Of a stretch of 23,465 nt of DNA, positions 8,100-16,079 are shown piece by piece (within the stretch, counting starts at the first letter, position 1; each line of letters begins with the position of its first letter). Under the pieces are notes generated by a model. It saw nothing but the letters and a program-made list of their open reading frames with translations, did not search any database and was not told the origin of the DNA. The position numbers were made by a program, and so were the translations under genes. The stretch lies in IMG/VR virus record IMGVR_UViG_2531839529_000006; one strand, given 5' to 3'. This DNA is from a virus. Taxonomy: Duplodnaviria > Heunggongvirae > Uroviricota > Caudoviricetes.

Positions 8100-10338
8100 T
8101 AACGCAAAAGTTACAAACCCAATGTTAAGAATCCCTTTTTCCAGTAGTGACTTGGGTGCAATAGTAAACGCTGGCGGTGGGGCAAAGGTATTGGTTGATG
8201 TAACAGCCGAATATAGACAAGGGCTAGTAAGAAATTTAACAACCAGTAAACATTATTTAGAATCCAAACTTTCAGAGTACCCTGGAAGCTTGGGTACTTT
8301 GGTTTTCAAATTAAGAGACCAGGGAATAGCCAAAACGCATAGGCCGAACAAAATTGCTCAAGAGGCTGGATTGCAAAATGCCGGTCATGCCAAAATAGAT
8401 GAAATGTTGGTTGCTGCTCATGCCGGCTGTTTTGACGTATTAGAGTCAGTCATTTTACATCGGAATATTAAAGCGATTTTGGCTAATCTAAGCGCGATTG
8501 AGCGCATTGAACCTTGGGATGAGAATAGGAAGGTTCCAGGAGGCACTGATGGTTTGTTTGAATCATCAAACATCCTTGTACGACTATTTGAGTACACAGG
8601 TGAAGATGCAACTTACAACAACTATGAAAACGTTATTTCTATATTAGAACAACACGGAGTTAAATATGATGAGATTAGACCAAAATGTGGTCTTCCCTTA
8701 TTAAGGATAATGGATTTATCCCCAAATGATAGATATATATTAGACATTCTCATTGATTACCCGGGTATAAGAACGTTAATTCCAGAACCAAAATATTCAG
8801 CATTCCCGGTTAGTGTAAGTGATTCTGTTGGCATTGAAACAAATAGCTTTCCCGTACCATCAGAAGAATTACCCATTGTTGCTGTATTTGACACTGGGGT
8901 AAGCCCCATCGCGGCAACAATTACTCCTTGGGTAGTGAGTAGGGAAACATACGTAATTCCTCCTGATACGAGTTATGAACATGGGACTATGGTGTCTTCA
9001 TTGATATCAGGCGCTCATTTTTTAAATGACAATCATCCATGGATTCCTGATACAAAATCTAAAATCCATGATGTTTGTGCTTTAGATGAAAATGGATCTT
9101 ATATATCAGATTTAATTCTGAGGCTAGCAGATGCTGTAAATAAAAGACCAGATATAAAAGTCTGGAATTTGTCTTTGGGAGGCGGACCATGTAATGAGCA
9201 GATGTTTAGTGATTTTGCGATGGAGTTAGATCGGCTCAGCGATAAATTTGGTATTTTGTTTGTAGTTGCTGCAGGTAATTATGTAGATGAACCTATACGT
9301 ACATGGCCAAATCCTGATCCGCTTGGAGGTGCTGATTTAATTTCCTCTCCTGGAGAGTCAGTCCGAGCACTAACAGTTGGTTCAGTTTCTCATATGGAAG
9401 CTAATGATGCTTTAAGTGAAATTGGAACACCGACACCATATACTCGTCGTGGCCCTGGGCCTGTATTTACTCCAAAGCCAGATATAATCCATGCTGGCGG
9501 TGGGGTTCATAGACCTTGGAATGTAGGAGCAAGCAGTTTAAAGGTCGTAGGGCCAGATAATAGGCTTTGCTCTAATTTTGGTACTAGTTTTGCTGCTCCA
9601 ATTGTGGCAAGTTTAGCTGCGCATACATGGCAGAGAATAGCCACTAATTCAGACTTTAATGTTTCACCATCATTGATTAAAGCATTATTAATTCATTCCG
9701 CTCAATTATCTTCTCCTGATTACTCGCCAAGTGAAAGACGCTATTTGGGAGCGGGAATTCCTAATGAGGTTATTGAGACCTTATATGATAGTGATGATAG
9801 GTTTACTCTGATTTTCCAAACATTCTTGGTTCCTGGGGTGAGGTGGAGAAAGGAAAACTATCCCATACCATCGGCACTTATTCAAAATGGAAAATTTAAA
9901 GGTGAGATTGTAATTACTGCTGCATATGCACCACCACTGAACTCTAATGCCGGCAGTGAATATGTTCGCGCGAACGTAGAGCTAAGTTTTGGCTTAATTG
10001 AGAATAATACTATAAAAGGAAAAGTACCTATGGAAGGAGAAAACGGTCAATCTGGATATGAGAGAGCTCAAATTGAGCATGGTGGAAAGTGGTCACCAGT
10101 AAAAATTCATCGCAAGGCATTTAATAAAGGAATTACTTCGGGTAACTGGGCTCTTCAAGCTAAAACAACGTTGAGAGCGAATGAACCGGCCTTAATGGAG
10201 CCTTTACCTGTAACTATTGTAGTAACTTTAAAATCATTAGATGGAAACACACAAGTTTATGCTGATGGCGTAAGAGCTTTAAATGCTAATAACTGGGCTC
10301 ACTATCCATTGCCTGCTCGTGTGCCAGTTTCCGTATAA
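8074..10338 (+). CDS. S8 family subtilisin-like serine protease, 754 aa, no signal peptide
   Basis: Catalytic motifs in canonical order: Asp (VAVFDTGVS), His (YEHGTMVSS), oxyanion Asn (VVAAGNY), Ser (GTSFAAPIVA). Strong SD AAGGAG..AGGAG; overlaps the ATPase gene by 26 nt. About 265 aa N-terminal and about 200 aa C-terminal of the protease core are unassigned. Confidence 0.85.
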   Translation: MSRRGTQFSNAKVTNPMLRIPFSSSDLGAIVNAGGGAKVLVDVTAEYRQGLVRNLTTSKHYLESKLSEYPGSLGTLVFKLRDQGIAKTHRPNKIAQEAGLQNAGHAKIDEMLVAAHAGCFDVLESVILHRNIKAILANLSAIERIEPWDENRKVPGGTDGLFESSNILVRLFEYTGEDATYNNYENVISILEQHGVKYDEIRPKCGLPLLRIMDLSPNDRYILDILIDYPGIRTLIPEPKYSAFPVSVSDSVGIETNSFPVPSEELPIVAVFDTGVSPIAATITPWVVSRETYVIPPDTSYEHGTMVSSLISGAHFLNDNHPWIPDTKSKIHDVCALDENGSYISDLILRLADAVNKRPDIKVWNLSLGGGPCNEQMFSDFAMELDRLSDKFGILFVVAAGNYVDEPIRTWPNPDPLGGADLISSPGESVRALTVGSVSHMEANDALSEIGTPTPYTRRGPGPVFTPKPDIIHAGGGVHRPWNVGASSLKVVGPDNRLCSNFGTSFAAPIVASLAAHTWQRIATNSDFNVSPSLIKALLIHSAQLSSPDYSPSERRYLGAGIPNEVIETLYDSDDRFTLIFQTFLVPGVRWRKENYPIPSALIQNGKFKGEIVITAAYAPPLNSNAGSEYVRANVELSFGLIENNTIKGKVPMEGENGQSGYERAQIEHGGKWSPVKIHRKAFNKGITSGNWALQAKTTLRANEPALMEPLPVTIVVTLKSLDGNTQVYADGVRALNANNWAHYPLPARVPVSV

Positions 10339-10352
10339 CAACTATATAAATC

Positions 10353-10380
10353 AAACCCGCTGTAGCGGGGTTGATTTATT
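10353..10380 (+). terminator. Rho-independent terminator closing the ATPase-protease cassette
   Basis: GC-rich hairpin CCCGC-TGTA-GCGGG followed by a T-rich tract, 15 nt after the protease stop codon. Confidence 0.6.
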
Positions 10381-10746
10381 TGTGGGTGTGTTTTATAAAA
10401 ATACCGCCCATACACAACAAAATACAAAAAGTATTACAGATAAAAAAGGAGCGTAATGTGCAGATTTGTTGTTTTCCATATTTACTCACCTTAATATGAT
10501 TAATCCCGATAAGATTGTTATTTCAGCGGTTTTCAAATGAAATATTATGCTAATCTGGCAGATTTGCATAACATTAAAATTTAATTTATCTAACCGCTTT
10601 TAATAATAAGCGTTGTATTTTTATCCCAGCAATCTGTTGTTTGGTTTTTATTCCATTAAGGTGGGGCTTTACACTGGAGCCAGTTTATTTATACTTCATA
10701 CGTCAGCCTGAACAACTGGCACCTGCTGCGCCAGCAGAGAAAACAG

Positions 10747-11025
10747 ATGGCGCACGATACCAAATTTTACAATTCGGATAACTCTGCCGCCCCTGCCAGC
10801 AGGCACGGGCGGCGTTCTCATGCATTCAAATCTGACTGGTATCAGCACGACCCCTGCACCGAAGAACAGGCTGAATGGCTCATTCAGTGTTACCGCGGGC
10901 GCGGATGCGAGGTTAAAAAAGCCCTTAGCCTCGACTACCGTCACTGGATAATCTCCGTCAGGCTCCCTTACTCAGAACGGCCAGCGCGTCCGTCCCGCAC
11001 ATTCCAGCAACGGATCTGGAGGTAA
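10747..11025 (+). CDS. Hypothetical protein, 92 aa
   Basis: ORF ending 1 nt before the GTG start of the next gene; weak SD. No family recognised. Confidence 0.4.
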   Translation: MAHDTKFYNSDNSAAPASRHGRRSHAFKSDWYQHDPCTEEQAEWLIQCYRGRGCEVKKALSLDYRHWIISVRLPYSERPARPSRTFQQRIWR

Positions 11026-11026
11026 T

Positions 11027-12085
11027 GTGCGGGTATTACTTCGATCTGTTCTGGTACCGGAACTCGGTCTGGTTATCGTTAAGCCAGGCCGTGAATCAAT
11101 GTCAGCATTCCATAACGGCAGAATACTGGTGGAGCCGGAACCAAAAAGCATGCGTAATCTGCCGTCCGGGGTCGTTCCTGCCGCTCGCCAGCCGCTGGTG
11201 GAAGACAAAACATTGCTGCCGTTTTTCAGTAACGCACGGGTGATTCGTGCTGCTGGTGGTGCTGGTGCATTGTCTGACTGGCTGTTGCGCCATATTAAAT
11301 CCTGCCAGTGGCCACACGGCGATTATCATCACAGCGAAACCGTCATTCACCGTTATGGTACCGGCGCAATGGTGTTGTGCTGGCACTGCGACAACCAGCT
11401 GCGTGACCAGACATCCGAATCACTCGGGCAACTTGCTCATCAAAACCTGTCAGCATGGATGATTGACGTCATCGGTCACGCAATAAGCGGTACGCAGGAG
11501 CGTGAATTATCTCTGGCTGAATTATCCTGGTGGGCGGTCCGCAATCAGGTGGCGGACGCGCTACCGGAAGCGGTATTACGTCGTTCGCTGGGGTTGCGTG
11601 CGGAAAAAATTCGCTCTGTGTACAGTGAAAGCGACATCATACCGGGAGAGCAGACCGCCACCAGCATACTGAAACAGCGCACAAAAAATCTTGCGCCGCT
11701 GCCTCACGCCCACCAGCAACAGAACCCACCACAGGAAAAGACGGTGGTCAGCATTGCCGTTGATCCCGAGTCACCGGCTCAGTATTTCCAGCGCCAGAAA
11801 TCACAACGGGAAGAGATGCCTGTATACACGCGCTGGGTAAAAACGCAGAAATGCATGACGTGTGGCAATCAGGCAGATGATCCGCATCACATCATTGGTC
11901 ATGGACTGGGAGGGATGGGAACAAAGGCTGATGATTTGTTTGTTATTCCGCTGTGCCGTAAATGCCATAGCGAACTACACGCCGGGGTAAAAGATTTTGA
12001 AGAAAAACACGGCAGCCAGCTGTTGTTGCTGATTCGTTTTTTAATGCACGCGAGAAATTCGGGTGTTCTGAAGTGGAAAGCATAA
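11027..12085 (+). CDS. DUF968/YdfU-like protein with C-terminal HNH-like zinc motif
   Basis: 352-aa ORF with GTG start and GGAGG SD 5 nt upstream. The C-terminus (KCMTCGNQADDPHHIIGHGLGG...IPLCRKCHSELH) has an HNH/YbcO-like CxxC...HH...CxxCH pattern. Sits directly upstream of rusA. Confidence 0.6.
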   Translation: MRVLLRSVLVPELGLVIVKPGRESMSAFHNGRILVEPEPKSMRNLPSGVVPAARQPLVEDKTLLPFFSNARVIRAAGGAGALSDWLLRHIKSCQWPHGDYHHSETVIHRYGTGAMVLCWHCDNQLRDQTSESLGQLAHQNLSAWMIDVIGHAISGTQERELSLAELSWWAVRNQVADALPEAVLRRSLGLRAEKIRSVYSESDIIPGEQTATSILKQRTKNLAPLPHAHQQQNPPQEKTVVSIAVDPESPAQYFQRQKSQREEMPVYTRWVKTQKCMTCGNQADDPHHIIGHGLGGMGTKADDLFVIPLCRKCHSELHAGVKDFEEKHGSQLLLLIRFLMHARNSGVLKWKA

Positions 12086-12466
12086 ATGACTGAACGCATA
12101 GAATTTGTTTTGCCTTACCCGCCAACGGTGAACACTTACTGGCGTCGTCGTGGCAGCACATATTTTGTATCAAAAGCCGGGGAGCGTTATCGCCGGGCAG
12201 TGGCGCTTATTGTTCGCCAGCAGCGGCTGAAATTAAGCCTGTCCGGAAGGTTGGCAATAAAAATTATTGCAGAACCACCGGATAAGCGCCGCCGTGACCT
12301 GGACAATATTCTGAAAGCGCCGCTGGATGCGCTGACGCATGCGGGGTTGCTAATGGACGATGAGCAGTTTGATGAAATCAATATCGTTCGTGGTCAGCCA
12401 GTATCTGGTGGACGTCTGGGGGTGAAGATTTACCCCATAATGCATGAAGAGCAGGTCAAAAAATGA
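12086..12466 (+). CDS. rusA: Holliday-junction resolvase RusA
   Basis: 126 aa. Conserved RusA pattern YPPTVNTYWRR...DKRRRDLDNILKAPLDALTHAGLLMDDEQ...GGRLGVKIY matches E. coli RusA as recalled. Confidence 0.85.
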   Translation: MTERIEFVLPYPPTVNTYWRRRGSTYFVSKAGERYRRAVALIVRQQRLKLSLSGRLAIKIIAEPPDKRRRDLDNILKAPLDALTHAGLLMDDEQFDEINIVRGQPVSGGRLGVKIYPIMHEEQVKK

Positions 12467-13284
12467 AACTGGAAGATTTACCGAAATACTACTCCCCAAA
12501 ATCCCCCGGCCTGACTGATGCATCGGCCTCAACGTCGAAAGATGCGCTGAGTATCACTGATGTGATGGCCGCGCAGGGCATGACACAGAATCGGGCTGAG
12601 ATGGGGTTTTCTGCGTTCCTTGGGAAAATGGGCATCAGTATGAATGACAGGGCGCGGGCAACAGAATTGCTGACAGAATATGCACTCAGTCGGTGTGATC
12701 GCGTGGCGGCGTTAAGAAAACTCCCGGCAGAAATAAAACCGGTAGTGATGCGCATTATGGCTTCGTACGCTTTTGAGGATTATGCCCGCAGCGCAGCGAG
12801 TAAAAAGCAGTGCCCTTGTTGCTATGGGGAAAAATTTATTGAAAGCGTAGTTTTTACAAACAAGGTCCAGTATCCGGATGGTAAGCCGCCGGTATGGGCA
12901 AAGTGTACGAAAGGTGTGTATCCGTCTTACTGGGAAGAATGGAAAAAAATTCGGGAGGTGGTGAAAGTGTCTTGTCCTGAATGTAAAGGGAAGGGGGAGA
13001 TTTCCACTGCCTGTAAAGACTGCCGTGGGCGTGGTGTTGCCATTCATCGTGAAGAGTCGGTAAAACGTGGTATGCCTGTTATCAGAGACTGCCAGCGTTG
13101 TGGTGGTCGTGGCTGTGAAAGACTACCATCAACGGAGGCATTTAATGCCATATGCAAAGTGACGAGTGCTATCACGCTTGATACGTGGAAAAAATCAGTG
13201 AAACGCTTTTACGATACGTTGGTGGTTCGGTTTGACATTGAAGAGGCATGGGCGGAGCGGCAGTTAAAGAGGGTAACGCGATAG
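12463..13284 (+). CDS. Late-gene antiterminator Q (lambda Q family, extended zinc-binding region)
   Basis: N-terminal region KYYSPKSPGLTDASASTSKDALSITDVMAAQGM...FSAFLGK aligns with lambda Q (KFHSPKSPMMSD...GTDVMAAMGM...) as recalled. Several CxxC pairs are present. Confidence 0.85.
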   Translation: MKLEDLPKYYSPKSPGLTDASASTSKDALSITDVMAAQGMTQNRAEMGFSAFLGKMGISMNDRARATELLTEYALSRCDRVAALRKLPAEIKPVVMRIMASYAFEDYARSAASKKQCPCCYGEKFIESVVFTNKVQYPDGKPPVWAKCTKGVYPSYWEEWKKIREVVKVSCPECKGKGEISTACKDCRGRGVAIHREESVKRGMPVIRDCQRCGGRGCERLPSTEAFNAICKVTSAITLDTWKKSVKRFYDTLVVRFDIEEAWAERQLKRVTR

Positions 13285-13289
13285 TGTTG

Positions 13290-13317
13290 TTGATTTTTCC
13301 CGAATCTGTGGTAAATT
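13290..13317 (+). promoter_or_regulatory. PR'-like late promoter (with putative qut site)
   Basis: TTGATT-16 nt-TAAATT followed by TGCTCTAACGATGGG, very close to lambda PR' (TTGACT-17 nt-TAAATT-TGACTCAACGATGGG) as recalled. Confidence 0.6.
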
Positions 13318-13366
13318 TGCTCTAACGATGGGCGTTTTATGCCTGACGTTAGATGATTTTTTACAC

Positions 13367-13390
13367 CCCGCCGCCTGGCGGGTTTTTTAT
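13367..13390 (+). terminator. tR'-like intrinsic terminator
   Basis: Stem CCCGCC/GGCGGG with a GCCT loop followed by TTTTTT, about 50 nt downstream of the PR'-like -10. Predicts a short 6S-like RNA unless Q-modified. Confidence 0.6.
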
Positions 13391-13510
13391 GACTGAAATC
13401 GCGTCAGTACAGTAAACGCGCTGGTGGCGGTGAATACCTGTCTTTCAGCTTGCTGGCTTTTTCGACAAGAGTTATTGGTGTGTCACGTTAACCGGAAAAG
13501 GGAAAAAGAC

Positions 13511-13708
13511 ATGCTAAAACAGCAGGATATGACAGAAACTGCCAGAGTGGTGTTTAATGAATTAAGCGTTACCGAACCGGCGACAGTCGGGGAGATAGCG
13601 CAGAATACTTACCTTTCACGCGAACGCTGCCAGTTAATACTGACCCAGCTGGTTATGGCGGGTCTGGCAGACTATCAGTTCGGTTGTTACAGACGCCTTC
13701 CGCAGTGA
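13511..13708 (+). CDS. Small hypothetical protein, 65 aa
   Basis: ATG at 13511 with a purine-rich SD-like stretch (AAGGGA) 9-14 nt upstream. The ORF track extends it to 13424, but that would start inside the terminator region. Followed by a hairpin and T-run. Confidence 0.45.
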   Translation: MLKQQDMTETARVVFNELSVTEPATVGEIAQNTYLSRERCQLILTQLVMAGLADYQFGCYRRLPQ

Positions 13709-13720
13709 AGGCTTTTTTAT
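13695..13720 (+). terminator. Intrinsic terminator-like hairpin
   Basis: Stem GCCTTC/GAAGGC with 6-nt loop followed by TTTTTTATTT, overlapping the stop codon of the 65-aa ORF. Confidence 0.5.
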
Positions 13721-13858
13721 TTGTGGTAAATGGGCGGCTGGTGGGTGTTAGGGGCACCCACCAGCCATCTGCTCATGCGTTGGGTTCACAAGCAAACCTC
13801 AGGCCCACTGCTTTGCGCAAAAGCAGAATGAGCCTATCAGAGACAGGCTTAATGATCC

Positions 13859-14908
13859 ATGCTTAATACTGTAAAAATATCCAGTTGTGAGTTAATCAAC
13901 GCCGACTGCCTGGAATTTATCCGGTCGTTACCCGAAAATTCTGTTGACCTGATAGTTACGGACCCGCCGTACTTTAAAGTGAAGCCTGAGGGCTGGGATA
14001 ACCAGTGGAAGGGCGACGATGATTACCTGAAGTGGCTGGACCAGTGTCTGGCGCAGTTCTGGCGGGTGCTGAAACCTGCCGGAAGTCTTTACCTGTTCTG
14101 TGGTCATCGCCTGGCATCTGATATCGAAATCATGATGCGTGAACGCTTCAGTGTGCTGAACCATATTATCTGGGCGAAGCCGTCCGGACGCTGGAACGGA
14201 TGCAACAAGGAAAGCCTGCGGGCGTATTTCCCCGCCACAGAGCGCATTCTGTTCGCGGAACATTATCAGGGGCCGTATCGTCCGAAAGATGCCGGGTATG
14301 CGGCGAAGGGCAGTGCACTGAAACAGCATGTGATGGCCCCGCTGATTTCTTACTTTCGTGATGCGCGCGCGGCCCTGGGGATAACGGCAAAACAGATTGC
14401 AGATGCCACAGGAAAGAAAAACATGGTGTCGCACTGGTTCAGTGCCAGTCAGTGGCAGCTACCGAACGAAAGCGATTATCTGAAATTACAGTCGCTGTTT
14501 GCCCGGGTGGCAGAAGAGAAACATCAGCGCGGTGAACTGGAAAAGCCCCACCACCAGCTGGTGGATACGTATACGTCACTGAACCGGCAGTATGTGGAGC
14601 TGCAGAGTGAATATAAGCATCTGCGGCGGTATTTTGGTGTGACGGCGCAGGTGCCGTACACGGATGTGTGGACACATAAACCGGTGCAGTTCTATCCCGG
14701 GAAACATCCGTGCGAAAAACCGGCAGAAATGCTGCAGCAGATAATCAGCGCAAGCAGTCGTCCGGGAGACCTGGTTGCAGATTTTTTTATGGGCTCAGGT
14801 TCAACGGTAAAAGCTGCACTGGCGCTCGGGCGTCGTGCGATTGGCGTTGAACTGGAGACCGGACGTTTTGAGCAGACAGTCAGGGAAGTTCAGGATTTAA
14901 TCGTTTGA
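13859..14908 (+). CDS. DNA methyltransferase, beta-class amino-MTase, apparently orphan
   Basis: Motif IV DPPY (LIVTDPPYF) near the N-terminus and motif I FxGxG (FFMGSGST) near the C-terminus, the beta-class order. No cognate restriction gene adjacent. Confidence 0.85.
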   Translation: MLNTVKISSCELINADCLEFIRSLPENSVDLIVTDPPYFKVKPEGWDNQWKGDDDYLKWLDQCLAQFWRVLKPAGSLYLFCGHRLASDIEIMMRERFSVLNHIIWAKPSGRWNGCNKESLRAYFPATERILFAEHYQGPYRPKDAGYAAKGSALKQHVMAPLISYFRDARAALGITAKQIADATGKKNMVSHWFSASQWQLPNESDYLKLQSLFARVAEEKHQRGELEKPHHQLVDTYTSLNRQYVELQSEYKHLRRYFGVTAQVPYTDVWTHKPVQFYPGKHPCEKPAEMLQQIISASSRPGDLVADFFMGSGSTVKAALALGRRAIGVELETGRFEQTVREVQDLIV

Positions 14909-14957
14909 AACGGATGAGATTGCAGAATTAATTACGCACCATTATTATTCTGCTCCC

Positions 14958-15033
14958 GGCCCTTTAGCTCAGTGGTGAGAGCGAGCGACTCATAATCGCC
15001 AGGTCGCTGGTTCAAATCCAGCAAGGGCCACCA
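14958..15033 (+). tRNA. tRNA-Ile2 (anticodon CAU, lysidine type), phage-encoded
   Basis: 76-nt cloverleaf GGCCCTTTAGCTCAGTGG...CTCATAA...GGTTCAAATCC...AAGGGCCACCA. 7-bp acceptor stem, anticodon loop CT-CAT-AA, encoded CCA. Resembles ileX/ileZ. Confidence 0.8.
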
Positions 15034-15040
15034 TCACATA

Positions 15041-15117
15041 CCGCCATTAGCTCATCAGGAAAGAGCGCCAGCCTTCGAAGCTGGTTGCGCGGGGTTCAAG
15101 TCCCCGATGGCGGTCCA
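15041..15117 (+). tRNA. tRNA-Arg (anticodon UCG)
   Basis: 77-nt cloverleaf: acceptor CCGCCAT/ATGGCGG, T-arm CGGGG-TTCAAGT-CCCCG, anticodon loop CT-TCG-AA, 3' CCA. Confidence 0.75.
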
Positions 15118-15130
15118 TTATCTGCATCAT

Positions 15131-15207
15131 GCGTTGTTAGCTCAGCCGGACAGAGCAATTGCCTTCTAAGCAATCGGTCACTGGTTCGAATCCAGTACAA
15201 CGCGCCA
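15131..15207 (+). tRNA. tRNA-Arg (anticodon UCU, rare AGA codon reader)
   Basis: 77-nt cloverleaf: acceptor GCGTTGT/ACAACGC, T-loop GGTTCGAATCC, anticodon loop CT-TCT-AA, 3' GCCA. Confidence 0.8.
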
Positions 15208-15442
15208 CACTTATTTTCCCTGGCTCGCTTTTGTGGGCCTTTTTTTTAAATGTCTCACAATTTAGGCGGTTGACTGTTGTCTGGTTTGCGGGGAGTTTGT
15301 TAAAAGAAACTGGCATGGTGAATCCCCCTGTGCGGAGGGGCAATCAGCGAGTAGGTATATGGGATAATCGCGGATTCAGGTGCTGGTACTGAATTCACCG
15401 GGAGGCACCCGGCACCATGCAATGGCACATAGCGCCACTCTC

Positions 15443-15470
15443 CAGCCCCTCTCCGGAGGGGCTGTTTATA
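15443..15470 (+). terminator. Intrinsic terminator-like hairpin
   Basis: 9-bp stem CAGCCCCTC/GAGGGGCTG with TCCG loop, followed by a T-rich tract. Confidence 0.5.
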
Positions 15471-15498
15471 TTGATTTTGTCAGATGTGAGTAAACTGC

Positions 15499-15834
15499 TT
15501 ATGGACTTTGTTGTTTTAGCCCATAAGGACATATTTGCAGAGTGCAACGGTTATTAAAGCATTCATTCAATACGTTATCTGTATTTGTAGGGCATTCCTG
15601 GCTGTTTTTGATTAAATTCCAGAATGTTTTATTGAATGGTACTACGTTGTAAATGGTTACAGGTAGCACTTTGTTATTGAGCATGATGCCTGTGTGAGTC
15701 AGTGTAAATATACTTTCAGGAGGTAAGAAAGCATCCGATTGATACCAGATTATTAATTTTATTTTACTCCATATGACTGAAAAAGATATTCCGCATGATG
15801 GCTGGATAACTGTATCAATCACAATCCACTTCAT
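15499..15834 (-). CDS. Hypothetical moron protein (111 aa) in an AT-rich island
   Basis: Minus-strand ORF with AGGAAA SD about 5 nt upstream of the ATG at 15834. Strongly AT-rich and opposite to late transcription. Occupies the slot after the tRNA trio where stx sits in Stx phages. Confidence 0.5.
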   Translation of the reverse strand: MKWIVIDTVIQPSCGISFSVIWSKIKLIIWYQSDAFLPPESIFTLTHTGIMLNNKVLPVTIYNVVPFNKTFWNLIKNSQECPTNTDNVLNECFNNRCTLQICPYGLKQQSP

Positions 15835-16079
15835 TTAGTTTCCTTGTTTATGCCTTGCTGGTGATGTTCTGAAAAGTATAAATGATATTTTTGATTGTAA
15901 ACCATAGAGCAGAATTATTTTTCTGATGTTGTTTATTGTTTATTTAAATGCAGGGTGGTTTATATCTCGTCTTGTAGTTTATCCATGCATATCTGCTTGA
16001 TGATGAGGTTTTTATTTAAGGTATGGTTTTGTGTTTTTTCTGTATTACATGTCAGGTATTTTAAAGAATCATTTTTCAG

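Noticed and set aside
13928-14434. Minus-strand 168-aa ORF
   Set aside because: Antisense to the methyltransferase, whose DPPY and FxGxG motifs are in the plus frame.
15137-15392. Short ORFs overlapping the third tRNA and downstream region
   Set aside because: Overlap a well-formed tRNA cloverleaf and terminator hairpins; no SD.
15210-15500. Shiga toxin genes stxA/stxB expected after the tRNA trio
   Set aside because: No plus-strand ORF of appropriate size or signal peptide; the region holds hairpins and then a minus-strand AT-rich ORF instead.
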